A DNA stretch of 64,000 nucleotides from Thermoproteota archaeon (GTDB lineage: Archaea > Korarchaeota > Korarchaeia > Korarchaeales > Korarchaeaceae). The translations under genes and the position numbers were made by a program. Location of the stretch: contig WALU01000032.1 in NCBI GenBank assembly GCA_015522685.1, positions 44,760-108,759 on the forward strand, read 5' to 3'. This document shows, one piece after another, positions 47,089-57,044 of the stretch. A model generated the notes under the pieces. It saw only the letters and a list, made by a program, of their open reading frames with translations. It ran no database searches and was not told the origin of the DNA. Positions within the stretch are counted from its first letter, which is position 1. Every line of letters begins with the position of its first letter.

Positions 47089-48531
47089 TCAATCATGAGG
47101 AAGTCGGTCCATGGGCTTAACATCGTGAGGAGCTATCTCTCTAGTCCCTATAGGCGAAACAAGGGCCATTTTAGCCTTAATCTTTATCTCGGTTATATTT
47201 GCTGCTCCCACGTATCCAAAGGCTGCTTTTAATCCGGCTACAAACTTCTCTATGACCGTTGCAACATCTCCTCTGTAGGGGACGAGTCCTTCAATTCCCT
47301 CAGCTATATCTTTTGAGGGCTTACTATATCTATCAAGGACGAATCTCCTCGATCTGGCAGAGGGACTTCCCATTCCTCTGTAAACTTTATACATCTTGCC
47401 ACCTACTATAAGAGGAGATCCAGGAGACTCTTTAGTACCAGCTAAGGCAAATCCAAGCATTACAGCATCAGCTCCGGCAGTGAAAGATTTTGATGCTTCA
47501 GCAGGTCCTCTTACTCCCCCATCTGCTATTACAGCTGCACTAGAACCATATTTAGCTACTGCTTCTGATACTTTAGCTACAGCATAAAGTGTGGGAGCTG
47601 CAACGCCAGTAACCTCCCCCGTAGTGCATATACTTCCACTAGCTATTCCCACTCTCAAACCAGCGATATCTAACCTAGTTATTACTTCCTCAGCTGCCTC
47701 ATAAGTGCCTATATTTCCAACTACTAAAGGAACATCCACTTCGTTGGTGATCCTCTTAGTTGCGGCTATCACATTCTCATTATGAAAGTGGGCTATATCA
47801 GTTACTAACAGATCGACGTAAGGCTCTAGAGCTTTAGCTCTCTCCAAATCGAATGGCGAAATAGCTGCAGCAACTCTTAACCTACCTTTATTATCTCTTG
47901 TTGCGAATGGGTGAGACTCCCTATAAAACACATCTTTAGCTGTTATCAATCCTACCAGATAGCCTTTCTTATCTACCACAGGCAATTTCTCTATCTTATA
48001 CTCAGATATTATCTTTCTAGCATCTTGGGGCGTGATACCTGAGCTAACTGTTATGACGTCTTTTGTCATCACATCCTCGACTTTTAAACTGCCATTCTCA
48101 GCAAAATACACATCTCTCCTTGTGATAATGCCCTTCAGCTTTCCATCAACTACTACCGGCAGGCCCGAGATGTTCATCTCCCTCAGTATGCTCTTAGCTT
48201 TCTCAACACTATCTGTTGGAGATACAGTGATGACGTCCCTTATAATGAAAGATTCAGCTCTCTTAACAGCCTTTACCATTCTAACTTGCTCATCTACCGT
48301 ACAATTACGATGTATGACTCCCAATCCGCCCATTCTAGCTATGGCGATTGCCATATTCTCTTCAGTTACTGTATCCATAGGAGATGATAGTATGGGAACA
48401 TGAAGCCCCATCTCTCCTATATGAGTTGATAGATCCACCTCCGAGGGCTCCACTTCAGTCTTTCCAGGGAGTAGAATCACATCTCCAAAGGTGAATGCAA
48501 CATCAGCATTAGCTAACTTATCCCAAGGCAT
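47089..48531 (-). CDS. guaB: IMP dehydrogenase with CBS pair
   Basis: SSPMDTVT, GLGVIHRN, GIASGSICTT, ADGG, YRGMGS, EGIEG. Confidence 0.96.
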   Translation of the reverse strand: MPWDKLANADVAFTFGDVILLPGKTEVEPSEVDLSTHIGEMGLHVPILSSPMDTVTEENMAIAIARMGGLGVIHRNCTVDEQVRMVKAVKRAESFIIRDVITVSPTDSVEKAKSILREMNISGLPVVVDGKLKGIITRRDVYFAENGSLKVEDVMTKDVITVSSGITPQDARKIISEYKIEKLPVVDKKGYLVGLITAKDVFYRESHPFATRDNKGRLRVAAAISPFDLERAKALEPYVDLLVTDIAHFHNENVIAATKRITNEVDVPLVVGNIGTYEAAEEVITRLDIAGLRVGIASGSICTTGEVTGVAAPTLYAVAKVSEAVAKYGSSAAVIADGGVRGPAEASKSFTAGADAVMLGFALAGTKESPGSPLIVGGKMYKVYRGMGSPSARSRRFVLDRYSKPSKDIAEGIEGLVPYRGDVATVIEKFVAGLKAAFGYVGAANITEIKIKAKMALVSPIGTREIAPHDVKPMDRLPHD

Positions 48532-48605
48532 ATTTAGAGAGGCCCACAGGAAGGATAAACTTTTCGTTGGATAAGCTATATTAGAGTAGTGAAAAGATAA
48601 TCCAG

Positions 48606-49115
48606 TTAATCTTCCACTATCCTACTCTTAGGTATGAGGTTGTGTAAAATATTACCGTCATAATAACCAGAGCCAGCAAAAATAGGACCATATTTGGCTA
48701 TATATACTCCTTTTTCTTCCAGCTTGAGGGAAAGATTCTCCCCTTTCATCCATCTAGAAAAAAAGTCTCTATCCAGCTCCACTACATGCTTCAAGGCCCG
48801 CCTTCCAATGATCCAAGATCCTTCTATACTGAGTATATAGCCATAGGGAGCCTTTTTGGCTATATATACCCCTCGGATAATGTCCTTTACCTTAAAACTC
48901 GCTACCCCCTTAGAAGTGCATCTTATTTTCTTCTTTCCAGACCTAATTAAATCTATATCGCTTAGGTTAGCCTCAAACCATTTTCTAATCCATTTTAAGA
49001 ACTCGCTTACATTGGCTTCCTTATTAGAGCTACGTAGAACCCTAGAGTATCGTTGTCCTGCGGATAAATCCTCATGGTCTTTCTTATCTCTCCCCCAAAT
49101 TCCCAACTGAGCCAC
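48606..49115 (-). CDS. NIP7/PUA-like RNA-binding protein associated with the NOL1/NOP2 methyltransferase; start uncertain
   Basis: LSIEGSWIIG, WMKGENL, G.G...G.ILHNLIPKSR; directly downstream of the RsmB/NOP gene. Confidence 0.7.
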   Translation of the reverse strand: MAQLGIWGRDKKDHEDLSAGQRYSRVLRSSNKEANVSEFLKWIRKWFEANLSDIDLIRSGKKKIRCTSKGVASFKVKDIIRGVYIAKKAPYGYILSIEGSWIIGRRALKHVVELDRDFFSRWMKGENLSLKLEEKGVYIAKYGPIFAGSGYYDGNILHNLIPKSRIVED

Positions 49116-49951
49116 CTCTCAATTCCGGATCTCCATTTCAGTCCTTTTATATGGATATCCTCTATTATTGCGCCTGCTTTCATTAGGTTATAAACAACCC
49201 ACTCATTCTCCTTTGGCTCTAGTGTACATGTAGAGTAAACCATTAATCCTCCAGGCTTTAATGTCCTATAAGCAGCTTTTGCAAGTGAAACTTGAAGTCT
49301 AGATATTTTACTAACCGATTTAGGGCTCCATCTAGCAAGAGCCCCCCATGATCTTCTTATCTCACCAAGAGAGCTACAAGGGGCATCTAAAAGTACCTTA
49401 TCAAATATATCATGGCCCAACCTAGAAGAAACCAGTCTTCCATCCATCATAGTAATTATCACATTTAGGGATCCCATCCTCTGAATATTAGCTATAAGAG
49501 TATCTACTCTACTAGGGTTTACATCGTTTGCTACTATAACTCCCTCATATTTCATCATTTCAGATATTTGTGTTGTTTTAGACCCGGGAGAAGCAGCAAG
49601 ATCTAATATCTTCTCTCCTGATTTAGGTGAAAGTACTATGGGAGGTATCATTGATGCGGCTTCTTGGACATAATAGAAACCGAGCTGATGCCACTCAGTA
49701 TTGCCTAATCTTTCAGGTCCTTCTATGACTCTGTACCCGTTCCCATACCATGAAATTTGCTGTAACCTCCAGCCTAATCTTTCAAGTTTCTCTACCATCC
49801 AATTTGGATCGACCTTCATTGGGTTAACCCTTATGCTTGGAATAGGTTTCTTAGCCATAAAGGACAGGAGGATTTCATACTCCTCTCCTAAGAGTTTTCT
49901 ATATCTTTTTTCAAATTCAGGCTTTATCATCTCCTTGAGTATAATGCTCAT
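49007..49951 (-). CDS. RsmB/NOL1/NOP2 family RNA m5C methyltransferase
   Basis: YVQEAASM, LDLAASPGSKT, LLDAPCS, VYSTCT. Confidence 0.94.
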   Translation of the reverse strand: MSIILKEMIKPEFEKRYRKLLGEEYEILLSFMAKKPIPSIRVNPMKVDPNWMVEKLERLGWRLQQISWYGNGYRVIEGPERLGNTEWHQLGFYYVQEAASMIPPIVLSPKSGEKILDLAASPGSKTTQISEMMKYEGVIVANDVNPSRVDTLIANIQRMGSLNVIITMMDGRLVSSRLGHDIFDKVLLDAPCSSLGEIRRSWGALARWSPKSVSKISRLQVSLAKAAYRTLKPGGLMVYSTCTLEPKENEWVVYNLMKAGAIIEDIHIKGLKWRSGIERWLSWEFGGEIRKTMRIYPQDNDTLGFYVALIRKPM

Positions 49952-50000
49952 CAGTCATTATCTAGAAGCTCAGCTTTATGTAGGTTTTGCCAGATAATGC

Positions 50001-51722
50001 TTGAAGGGTGTTGATTTGGAGGACATCAAAGAGCTAATAATCAGATTAGCTGCAGAGAATGCCCTTAGATATGGAAAAGCTAGTCCTAAAGCTGTTCTTG
50101 GAAAACTGATTGCTGCTAGGCCAGATCTAAGACCCAAAGCTAAGGAGCTGATATCTATTGTGGAGGAGGTAGTGATAGGGGTAAATAAGATGTCTATGAA
50201 TTCGCTAAAGGGCCTAGCTCCCCAAAGAAAAGCCAAGAAGGAGGAAGAGAGAATTTGGCCCCCATTAGAAGGTGTTGAAGAAGGGAAAGTGGTAACTAGA
50301 GTAGCTCCTGAGCCAAATGGCTATCCGACCCTAGGCCACGCAAAGGGGCTTCTAGTCCCTTTTATATATGCTCGCCTCTATAAAGGAAAATTTCTGCTTA
50401 GGTTTGAAGACACGAATCCAAGGGTGGAAAAGCTCGAGTACTATGATGCAATTAGAGAAGAGTTTTCAAAGTTGTTAGAAGCAGCCGAAAGGGAGCTAGG
50501 TCTATCCCCTGGTAAGTGGGATGAGGAGATAATAGAGTCCTATCACCTCCCAAAGATGTATGAATTAGCTAGAAAGCTGATAGAGCAAGGAGATGCTTAC
50601 GTATGCACTTGTCCAGCCCATATAGTTAGAATGAAGAGAAAGCTTGGTGAACCATGCGAGCACAGGGATCAATCAGTGGAGAAGAACCTTGAGTTATGGG
50701 ATAAAATGCTATCTGGGGAGTTTGGCGAAGGAGAGGCTCATCTGAGGCTAAAGACTGATATGAAACATCCCAATATCACAATGAGAGATCCAGGCATCTT
50801 CAGGATAGTAGAAGCTCTCCATCCCATACATGGAGATAGATTTAGAGTATATCCTGTTTACGACTTCTCCGTAAGCATTATGGATTCCCTCTCTGGAGTG
50901 ACTCATGCCTTCAGGAGCAAGGAGTTCGAGCCTCATGTAGAAGTTCAGCTAGCAATACTTAGGAAGCTAGGACTTAGGGAGTACAGCATGATACAGTTCG
51001 GTAGGATAACCATAGAGGGGATTCCTCTTTCCAAGAGATACATACGTCCGCTGGTTGAGAGTAGGATTCTAGATGGATGGGATGATCCCCGCATCCCAAC
51101 GCTGAGAGGACTCTTCAGGAGGGGAATATTACCTGAAGCAATAGTTAGATTCTTCTATGAGTTGGGGCCAAGTAAAGTAGATGCTACAGTCAACATGGAT
51201 ATAATAGCAGCAATAAATAGGAAGATCCTTGATCCCAAAGTTCACAGGTATATGTTCGTCCCTGATCCAATTAGAGCATCTATAGGTGGGCTCATTACAC
51301 CTGCTGAAGCTAAAGTGCAAATTCATCCTAACTTAAAGAAGGTACGTAAGATCACATTAAATGAGCCTAGGGTTTACATTCCTCAGATTGATGTGAAAAA
51401 TCTTAAGGTAGGTGACGAAATAAGGCTTCGCGGCCTAGCTACTGTTAAAGTAAGAAGCATAAGCCCTGATGAGATATCCCTGACTATGAGTGAAGATCAA
51501 AGAAAAAAAGGTGTCAAGATAGTACAGTGGGCTCCTCTGAATAGAGGAGTACCAGTTAAGATACTCGTACCATTGACCCCCTACTCCTACGAGATGATTG
51601 GGGGATATGGAGAGCCGGCCCTAAAGGAGCTTAAGGTCAGTGACATGATTCAATTGATTAGATTAGGATTTGCTAGGGTTGACCAAAGAGACCCATTCAC
51701 CCTGATCTTCTCCCATAAATAA
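50001..51722 (+). CDS. gltX: glutamyl-tRNA synthetase (probably non-discriminating, given GatDE)
   Basis: TRVAPEPNG..TLGH, LRFEDTNP, YPVYDF, LSKR, GWDDPR, QLIRLGF. Confidence 0.95.
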   Translation: MKGVDLEDIKELIIRLAAENALRYGKASPKAVLGKLIAARPDLRPKAKELISIVEEVVIGVNKMSMNSLKGLAPQRKAKKEEERIWPPLEGVEEGKVVTRVAPEPNGYPTLGHAKGLLVPFIYARLYKGKFLLRFEDTNPRVEKLEYYDAIREEFSKLLEAAERELGLSPGKWDEEIIESYHLPKMYELARKLIEQGDAYVCTCPAHIVRMKRKLGEPCEHRDQSVEKNLELWDKMLSGEFGEGEAHLRLKTDMKHPNITMRDPGIFRIVEALHPIHGDRFRVYPVYDFSVSIMDSLSGVTHAFRSKEFEPHVEVQLAILRKLGLREYSMIQFGRITIEGIPLSKRYIRPLVESRILDGWDDPRIPTLRGLFRRGILPEAIVRFFYELGPSKVDATVNMDIIAAINRKILDPKVHRYMFVPDPIRASIGGLITPAEAKVQIHPNLKKVRKITLNEPRVYIPQIDVKNLKVGDEIRLRGLATVKVRSISPDEISLTMSEDQRKKGVKIVQWAPLNRGVPVKILVPLTPYSYEMIGGYGEPALKELKVSDMIQLIRLGFARVDQRDPFTLIFSHK

Positions 51723-51846
51723 AACTCCCTCGTTATTTTCTATTGCTGAAATACTAGATAACTACTATCTGTATAATATGCCAGTATTAATTGATAAGAG
51801 TTTCATTTAAAAGGTGACGGGATTGATAATTATGAAGGGATAATCA

Positions 51847-54705
51847 ATGAGATGGACACTGGCCCTCTTACTGGTTCTCCTTATGACCAGTACTACAATA
51901 GCTCTATCTAACAGCATAACTCCTGGTGAGTTAAAAGTAAAAATAAGTAAAGAGAGGCTCATCCTCAAGATTCCATCTCCTGCAATTAGCAATGGGAGAA
52001 TCTTCACACTAGGAAATGACGGTAGCTTACTTATTGCCATAACAACACATGGGGAGAAGATTTGGTCGCATGAACTAGGCGCTAGGGTAACCTCATCTCC
52101 TTTAGTGATTCCTAATGCTCCTTATGGTTATGCGAAGAAGGAATCGTGGGTAATAGCTGTGACAAACTCCTTCGAGCTATGGGCCTTCGAATCCTCTCAT
52201 GGGGGATTGAGAATTGAGAGGTTAAGGCTCCCATCAGCTCCGTCAGGAGCTCCTTTACACTACTTGGGTGATGGCAAAACGATACTAGTTCCCCTTACAA
52301 GCTCTATTCAAGCAATTGATATAAGATCAAAATCTGTTACTTGGTCCATAGATCTTGGATTTGAGCCTGAATATGTGAAATACTCCAATTCAACGGCTCT
52401 AGCAGCTGGAAAGCGGAAGGTGGCCTGCTTAAATATATCTAACAGAGAGGTCGCCTGGTCCATAGATCTTGGAGAGGAAATAGCCTCATATGGGAGCAAT
52501 GGAAAATACCTCGCTATTCTCCTTGGCAACGGCACAATGGTTTCCATAAGAGTAGCTGATGGCCAAATCCTAGGATCTAGAGACCTAGGAACGATCCTAG
52601 GGTACGACATACCCGAAGGGAAGTTTCCAATAATAGACAATATAGCTACAGTAACTGGCTCCAGAGGAGTTATGTGCTTCGTAAATGTTTCTACATTACA
52701 AGAGACTCTGAGACCCGTAAGAACATGGACTAAGCCCATCAGGCAACCTCTTGCTGTAGGTAAGGCGCTGATTTACCTATCGGAAGGAGGAATCAGGATC
52801 TATCATTTCCCGAGAAGGTTCTTTCTTTCAGAATTTAAGGTGGATAGCCTCCCATATAGTGGAATAACCTTAGTTAAGTCTCAAGAAAATCATACTAATC
52901 TCATGGCATATGTGGACGAACTTGGATACCTTCATATAATAGAACTGCCTGAGTATTGGATTAAGGCCAAAGATATCGAAAAGCATGAGGGTGGATACCT
53001 AGTAGAAGGATATGTGTGTAGCACGGCAACTAGTGGCTCAAAGTATAAAATTAGGTTATACTCAATATCTCTTCAGGGAGAACTACTTGGAGAGAAATTT
53101 ATAGGTATCTTAGGTCCAGGAGAATGTGGTGTTGGGTTCTCTACACTAGTCAAGACCAAGGGGGCTCTTGGACTTATAGTAGGAAATGATAGACTCTTAC
53201 CAAATGTTCCTGTCGGAATTACTAGGACTGAGTGGATCTCCTATAAGCCTAACAAGAATGCTACTACCACTACAACTGCTCCTGCTACTCAGGCTATATC
53301 TGGACCCTTAGTTAAACCTATCCTCATGGCCATAGCGCCCGAGAAGGTAGAAGTGGGCGATGACATAGAGATAAAGATCTCAGGGATTAACGGATGGAAT
53401 ACGACAGAGTTAACGTTCTCTATAAGTGGCCCAACTATAAAGGAAAATGAGACATCAATTAATGTGAATAGAGGATCTTCTTTTGAACTCTCAATGAAAA
53501 CCAAGGCCTTAAGGCCTGGAAGTGGCGGTATAACGGTCAAGGCTCAATATAAAGGCCATGTGCTAAATGAAACGCAAGTACCCCTCTCGATATCCATAGG
53601 AAAGATAATTCAGGGAATTAGCGCTCCATCTATCGTTAACATTAACGAATCTACTAAAATAAAGATAATTCTTGTAAATAAATATGAAGATGATACTTCT
53701 TTAGGCCTTAAGGTTACCTTCGATGATCAGACAAAGAATTTAACAGTAGGCCCTATGGCCGCTGGTGAAACAGTAAATCCAAACATAACGATAACCCCGA
53801 AATTCTCTGGAAATCTTAAGCTCAAAGTGCAAGTAATTGCTCCAAATGGGGAAATTATAGATAAATTGTCTTCATCCATCTCCGTAACCTCTCCAAAGAC
53901 AGTATCAAAGATAATAACCTCCTCGTATAGGCCTCAAAGATACCCCCTCCCAATAGAGTATATAATTACAGCGATTGCTATGATACTGGTGATATCAGCC
54001 TTAGCAGTAGTTCTCGTCAGGTCTAAAGTGAAAAGGAAAGCAGTTAAGAAGGCCCCACAAGTAAGTAAAGCTAAGATATCCTCTACATCTACTAAGAGAC
54101 CTCCTCCTAAAGCAGAGAAGAAAATGGTATCTAAAGTACCTTCAAAGGGAGGAATAAAACCTGAAGAGAAAGTAGTAACTCCACCAGAAGTAGAAGAAGA
54201 GGGGATCAAGATTCCACCAACAAAGGTTACAGTTAAGGAAGGAGAAGTAGGAAAAGAGGGAAGAGAGAAATTGGAGAGAGATATGAACGTAACGAAAAGA
54301 AGGCTGGAAGAGATAAAAAAAGCCATATCAAGATTAGAGGAGATAGTAGGCTTTGAGGTATCTCCATATAAGTTGGTAGAGGCGGAAACCTCCCTAATAT
54401 CTGCTGAAATGAAGATAAAAGAGGGCAATGTTAAGGAGGCGGAGGATTTACTGAAGAAAATTGATGAATCCTTTGATACTCTAGAAGCAGAGGTGTCTGA
54501 GGCAGAGAAGTCGCTCATAGAAAACTGGAGCGCGGTAGAAAATAGGATAGATATAATGCTGAGGGTCTGGAATAAAGCACCTGCCAACATGCTCACCATG
54601 GTCCCAGTAGGTTTCAGAATCGCAGCGCTAGAGAGGTTTAGAAGGCTCCATCCAGACAGAAAGCTCGAGCTTAGAGGGGATGAGCTCATAGCTCTCGAGG
54701 AGTAA
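51847..54705 (+). CDS. large single-pass surface protein: PQQ-like beta-propeller + Ig/CARDB-like domains + cytoplasmic coiled-coil
   Basis: Signal peptide, repeated (G)...W S.DLG blades, Thr linker, TM near aa 703-725, K/P-rich linker and E/K-rich heptads. Confidence 0.75.
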   Translation: MRWTLALLLVLLMTSTTIALSNSITPGELKVKISKERLILKIPSPAISNGRIFTLGNDGSLLIAITTHGEKIWSHELGARVTSSPLVIPNAPYGYAKKESWVIAVTNSFELWAFESSHGGLRIERLRLPSAPSGAPLHYLGDGKTILVPLTSSIQAIDIRSKSVTWSIDLGFEPEYVKYSNSTALAAGKRKVACLNISNREVAWSIDLGEEIASYGSNGKYLAILLGNGTMVSIRVADGQILGSRDLGTILGYDIPEGKFPIIDNIATVTGSRGVMCFVNVSTLQETLRPVRTWTKPIRQPLAVGKALIYLSEGGIRIYHFPRRFFLSEFKVDSLPYSGITLVKSQENHTNLMAYVDELGYLHIIELPEYWIKAKDIEKHEGGYLVEGYVCSTATSGSKYKIRLYSISLQGELLGEKFIGILGPGECGVGFSTLVKTKGALGLIVGNDRLLPNVPVGITRTEWISYKPNKNATTTTTAPATQAISGPLVKPILMAIAPEKVEVGDDIEIKISGINGWNTTELTFSISGPTIKENETSINVNRGSSFELSMKTKALRPGSGGITVKAQYKGHVLNETQVPLSISIGKIIQGISAPSIVNINESTKIKIILVNKYEDDTSLGLKVTFDDQTKNLTVGPMAAGETVNPNITITPKFSGNLKLKVQVIAPNGEIIDKLSSSISVTSPKTVSKIITSSYRPQRYPLPIEYIITAIAMILVISALAVVLVRSKVKRKAVKKAPQVSKAKISSTSTKRPPPKAEKKMVSKVPSKGGIKPEEKVVTPPEVEEEGIKIPPTKVTVKEGEVGKEGREKLERDMNVTKRRLEEIKKAISRLEEIVGFEVSPYKLVEAETSLISAEMKIKEGNVKEAEDLLKKIDESFDTLEAEVSEAEKSLIENWSAVENRIDIMLRVWNKAPANMLTMVPVGFRIAALERFRRLHPDRKLELRGDELIALEE

Positions 54706-54741
54706 TCTCCTATACTTTCCTCACTTTTCTTCTTATATACT

Positions 54742-55201
54742 CTATCCTACAGCTGCCATTTTCTCTTCCTTTATACCAGAATCCATTCCTATGGCCATTC
54801 CTAGACCCCTAAAAACAGCCCTCTCATAGAGCTCAAATTTATCTGTGACTTGATTAACAAGAGGAGAAGTAGGGAATATAAGATAAGATTTATTCTTTCT
54901 CTTCTCCTTAGAAAGGAATAATAGCTGGTTGCAATGCCGCAATGCCGAAGGCAGTTTTACCTACCACCTGTAAGTGATATGGCCGCGAAGCTTCTCTTAG
55001 TCAAGGCCCTCTTTGCTCGCATATCCTATACTTCCCATGGTAGAAATCCCAGCCAACTAATCATAATTAGAAGAATTTTACTAATTGTCCAGCTAATCCT
55101 ACCTCCTCAATATCGTGTTCTAAGCAGATCGTTCTGTAGTGGATCTTGGAATTCTAGTTATCTGAGTATAAGTTCCTAAAGATAGTCGGAGATATCTTCA
55201 T
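54742..55201 (-). pseudogene. rgy: reverse gyrase N-terminal remnant
   Basis: MKISPTIFRNL..., GFLPWEV*DMRAKRALTKRSFAAISLTG/VGKTAFGI.../LFLSKEKRKNKSYLIFPTSPLVNQV across frameshifts. Confidence 0.75.
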
Positions 55202-55291
55202 AATCACCATGTATTACGAAATGAATACTGCGATCCAACATGCAATCTGGAGCCTTTATATCAGTAGGTGAAGATAATTTACAGGATCAAG

Positions 55292-55663
55292 ATGACGAGA
55301 CTCGTTGTGCCGATAGAAAAGAGCAGTAATGAGATAAGATCCAACCGCATATCCAGAGGGTTTAGCTTAGCTAAAGGGTTGGTGGTGATTGATCTAAGCG
55401 ATTTCGGCGTTGTTATGGATGCCTTTTCTCTGGACCTAAATAAGTTCGGGCAGGATATGATGCTCGATATACTTATAGGTCTGGATACTGATATCGTACT
55501 GAGCGAGGACATAGAGCCAGAACTCAGCGAAATGCTGATAAACAATGATGTTAAGATAGCTTTAACAACATCAGAGCATATTAAGGATGCTTTGAGAGAT
55601 TTGTTGGCAGGTAGGGCTATGATAATACCAGGAAAGGAAATGCCCATAAAGTATGCTAACTAA
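55292..55663 (+). CDS. NifB/NifX (FeMo-cofactor-binding-like) family protein
   Basis: RLVVPIE...IS.GFS.A...VVID, DIVL...I......L.NNDVKI pattern. Confidence 0.6.
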   Translation: MTRLVVPIEKSSNEIRSNRISRGFSLAKGLVVIDLSDFGVVMDAFSLDLNKFGQDMMLDILIGLDTDIVLSEDIEPELSEMLINNDVKIALTTSEHIKDALRDLLAGRAMIIPGKEMPIKYAN

Positions 55664-55874
55664 TTATATTATGCCATATGTAAAGCTTAGGATAAAAAGA
55701 TGGGAAAGAAATGGAAATAAGTATTTGAGCTACCAAGTAACAGCACCAAAGAAGCTTGTTGAGGAATTGGGATGGAATCAAGGAGACATCCTTTATGCTT
55801 GTATAAGAGAGGGAGACCTAATATACAGGCATAGAGAAGAATATAAAAGAGGAAAGCAGACAACCTTAGAGTAG
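55653..55874 (+). CDS. AbrB/MazE/SpoVT-family DNA-binding protein
   Basis: YQVTAPKKLVEELGWNQGDIL. Confidence 0.78.
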   Translation: MLTNYIMPYVKLRIKRWERNGNKYLSYQVTAPKKLVEELGWNQGDILYACIREGDLIYRHREEYKRGKQTTLE

Positions 55875-57029
55875 TTGTAGCAAGAATCCCTTTAAGTAGC
55901 TGGTCCATGGATGATTAGGGTCTGTGGGGTGATCTGGAGAAGCTCCCCTCTCACCTAAAATTTTGAAATACTTATTCGCGAGATTGGCGGCCTTTCCAAT
56001 TATTCTAAGTAAAGCTTCTTTGGAAATAAACTGGCTACAGCTACTTGTAAACATAAGCCCACCGTTAGCTACTCTTTCCATGGCTGCGGCATTAACTGCT
56101 ATATATGTTTTAGTAGCTCTATAAATCATATTCCTACTTTGGGCAAGTGCTGGGGGATCTACAATGACCATATCATAAATAGAAGTGTCCTTTTCCAAAA
56201 ATTCCTTAACTCTAGATTGAAAAGGCATTATTCTCACAGAGTTTAGGCGAGAGTTTTCCTTCAATCTCCTGATAGCATATTTAGATTCATCTACAGCTAT
56301 CACTTGGGCTCCAGATAATGCAGCATGTATAGAAAAACCTCCTGTATATGAGAACAAGTCGAGAACCCTGTTCTTAGGAGATACTAGATCGCCTATTTCG
56401 ATTCTATTAAGTCTCTGATCTATAAAGAATCCGGTCTTTTGCCCTTCTAGAGCATCGACTTTAAAAAGAGCACCTCCTTCTCTTATGATTGAAGATATCT
56501 TATCTCCAAGTAATAATCCCCTTTCCTGAAGTAGATTAACTTCCTTTCTTGTTCTTGTATCATTCCTTAAGACAATAGAGCTGGGTCTATACACATCTCT
56601 AATTAAAGAAGCTATTTCCTTTAGCCTCTTATCGAAGCCTATAGAAGTAGATGAGATGACTACTACATCATCATATACATCTACTATTAAACCAGGTAAT
56701 CCATCAGCCTCGCTATGTATCCATCTAAAGAAATTATCGAGTTTCAACTTATCTCTTAGCTTAAGAGAAGCTTCTAGTCTATTCCTTAATAAATTAGGTA
56801 AGTTCTCCATATCCCTCGATAAAATGCGAACGGCAATGGCTCCTATGCCCTCATAGAATCCCAGAGCTAAAAACTCACCCTTATTATCTCTTACAACTAC
56901 TAAGTCTCCCTGAGCTACTGGTCCTCTAATTTCTTTCAACCATTTAAGGTATATGTTAAGCTGTCCCTTCTTTATCCTCTCAGCTCCTTTATTGGCTATT
57001 ATCGCTTCTCCGGTAGGAGACCAGCTCAC
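55866..57029 (-). CDS. PUA + class I SAM rRNA methyltransferase (RlmI-like)
   Basis: SEADGLPGLIVD, GQKTGFFIDQR, LDLFSYTGGF, VDPP, SSCS, DHP..YLK. Confidence 0.92.
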   Translation of the reverse strand: MSWSPTGEAIIANKGAERIKKGQLNIYLKWLKEIRGPVAQGDLVVVRDNKGEFLALGFYEGIGAIAVRILSRDMENLPNLLRNRLEASLKLRDKLKLDNFFRWIHSEADGLPGLIVDVYDDVVVISSTSIGFDKRLKEIASLIRDVYRPSSIVLRNDTRTRKEVNLLQERGLLLGDKISSIIREGGALFKVDALEGQKTGFFIDQRLNRIEIGDLVSPKNRVLDLFSYTGGFSIHAALSGAQVIAVDESKYAIRRLKENSRLNSVRIMPFQSRVKEFLEKDTSIYDMVIVDPPALAQSRNMIYRATKTYIAVNAAAMERVANGGLMFTSSCSQFISKEALLRIIGKAANLANKYFKILGERGASPDHPTDPNHPWTSYLKGFLLQLL

Positions 57030-57044
57030 CCTCTTTTCCCTTCC

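Noticed and set aside
50325-50345. GluRS HIGH motif reads TLGH
   Set aside because: Variant HIGH motifs are known among archaeal GluRSs, so this is not evidence of novelty.
53934-54689. Long antisense ORFs (e.g. 53934-54689, 21140-21754, 7837-8343)
   Set aside because: They are Ser/Leu/Phe-rich shadows of well-supported genes on the other strand and carry no motifs.
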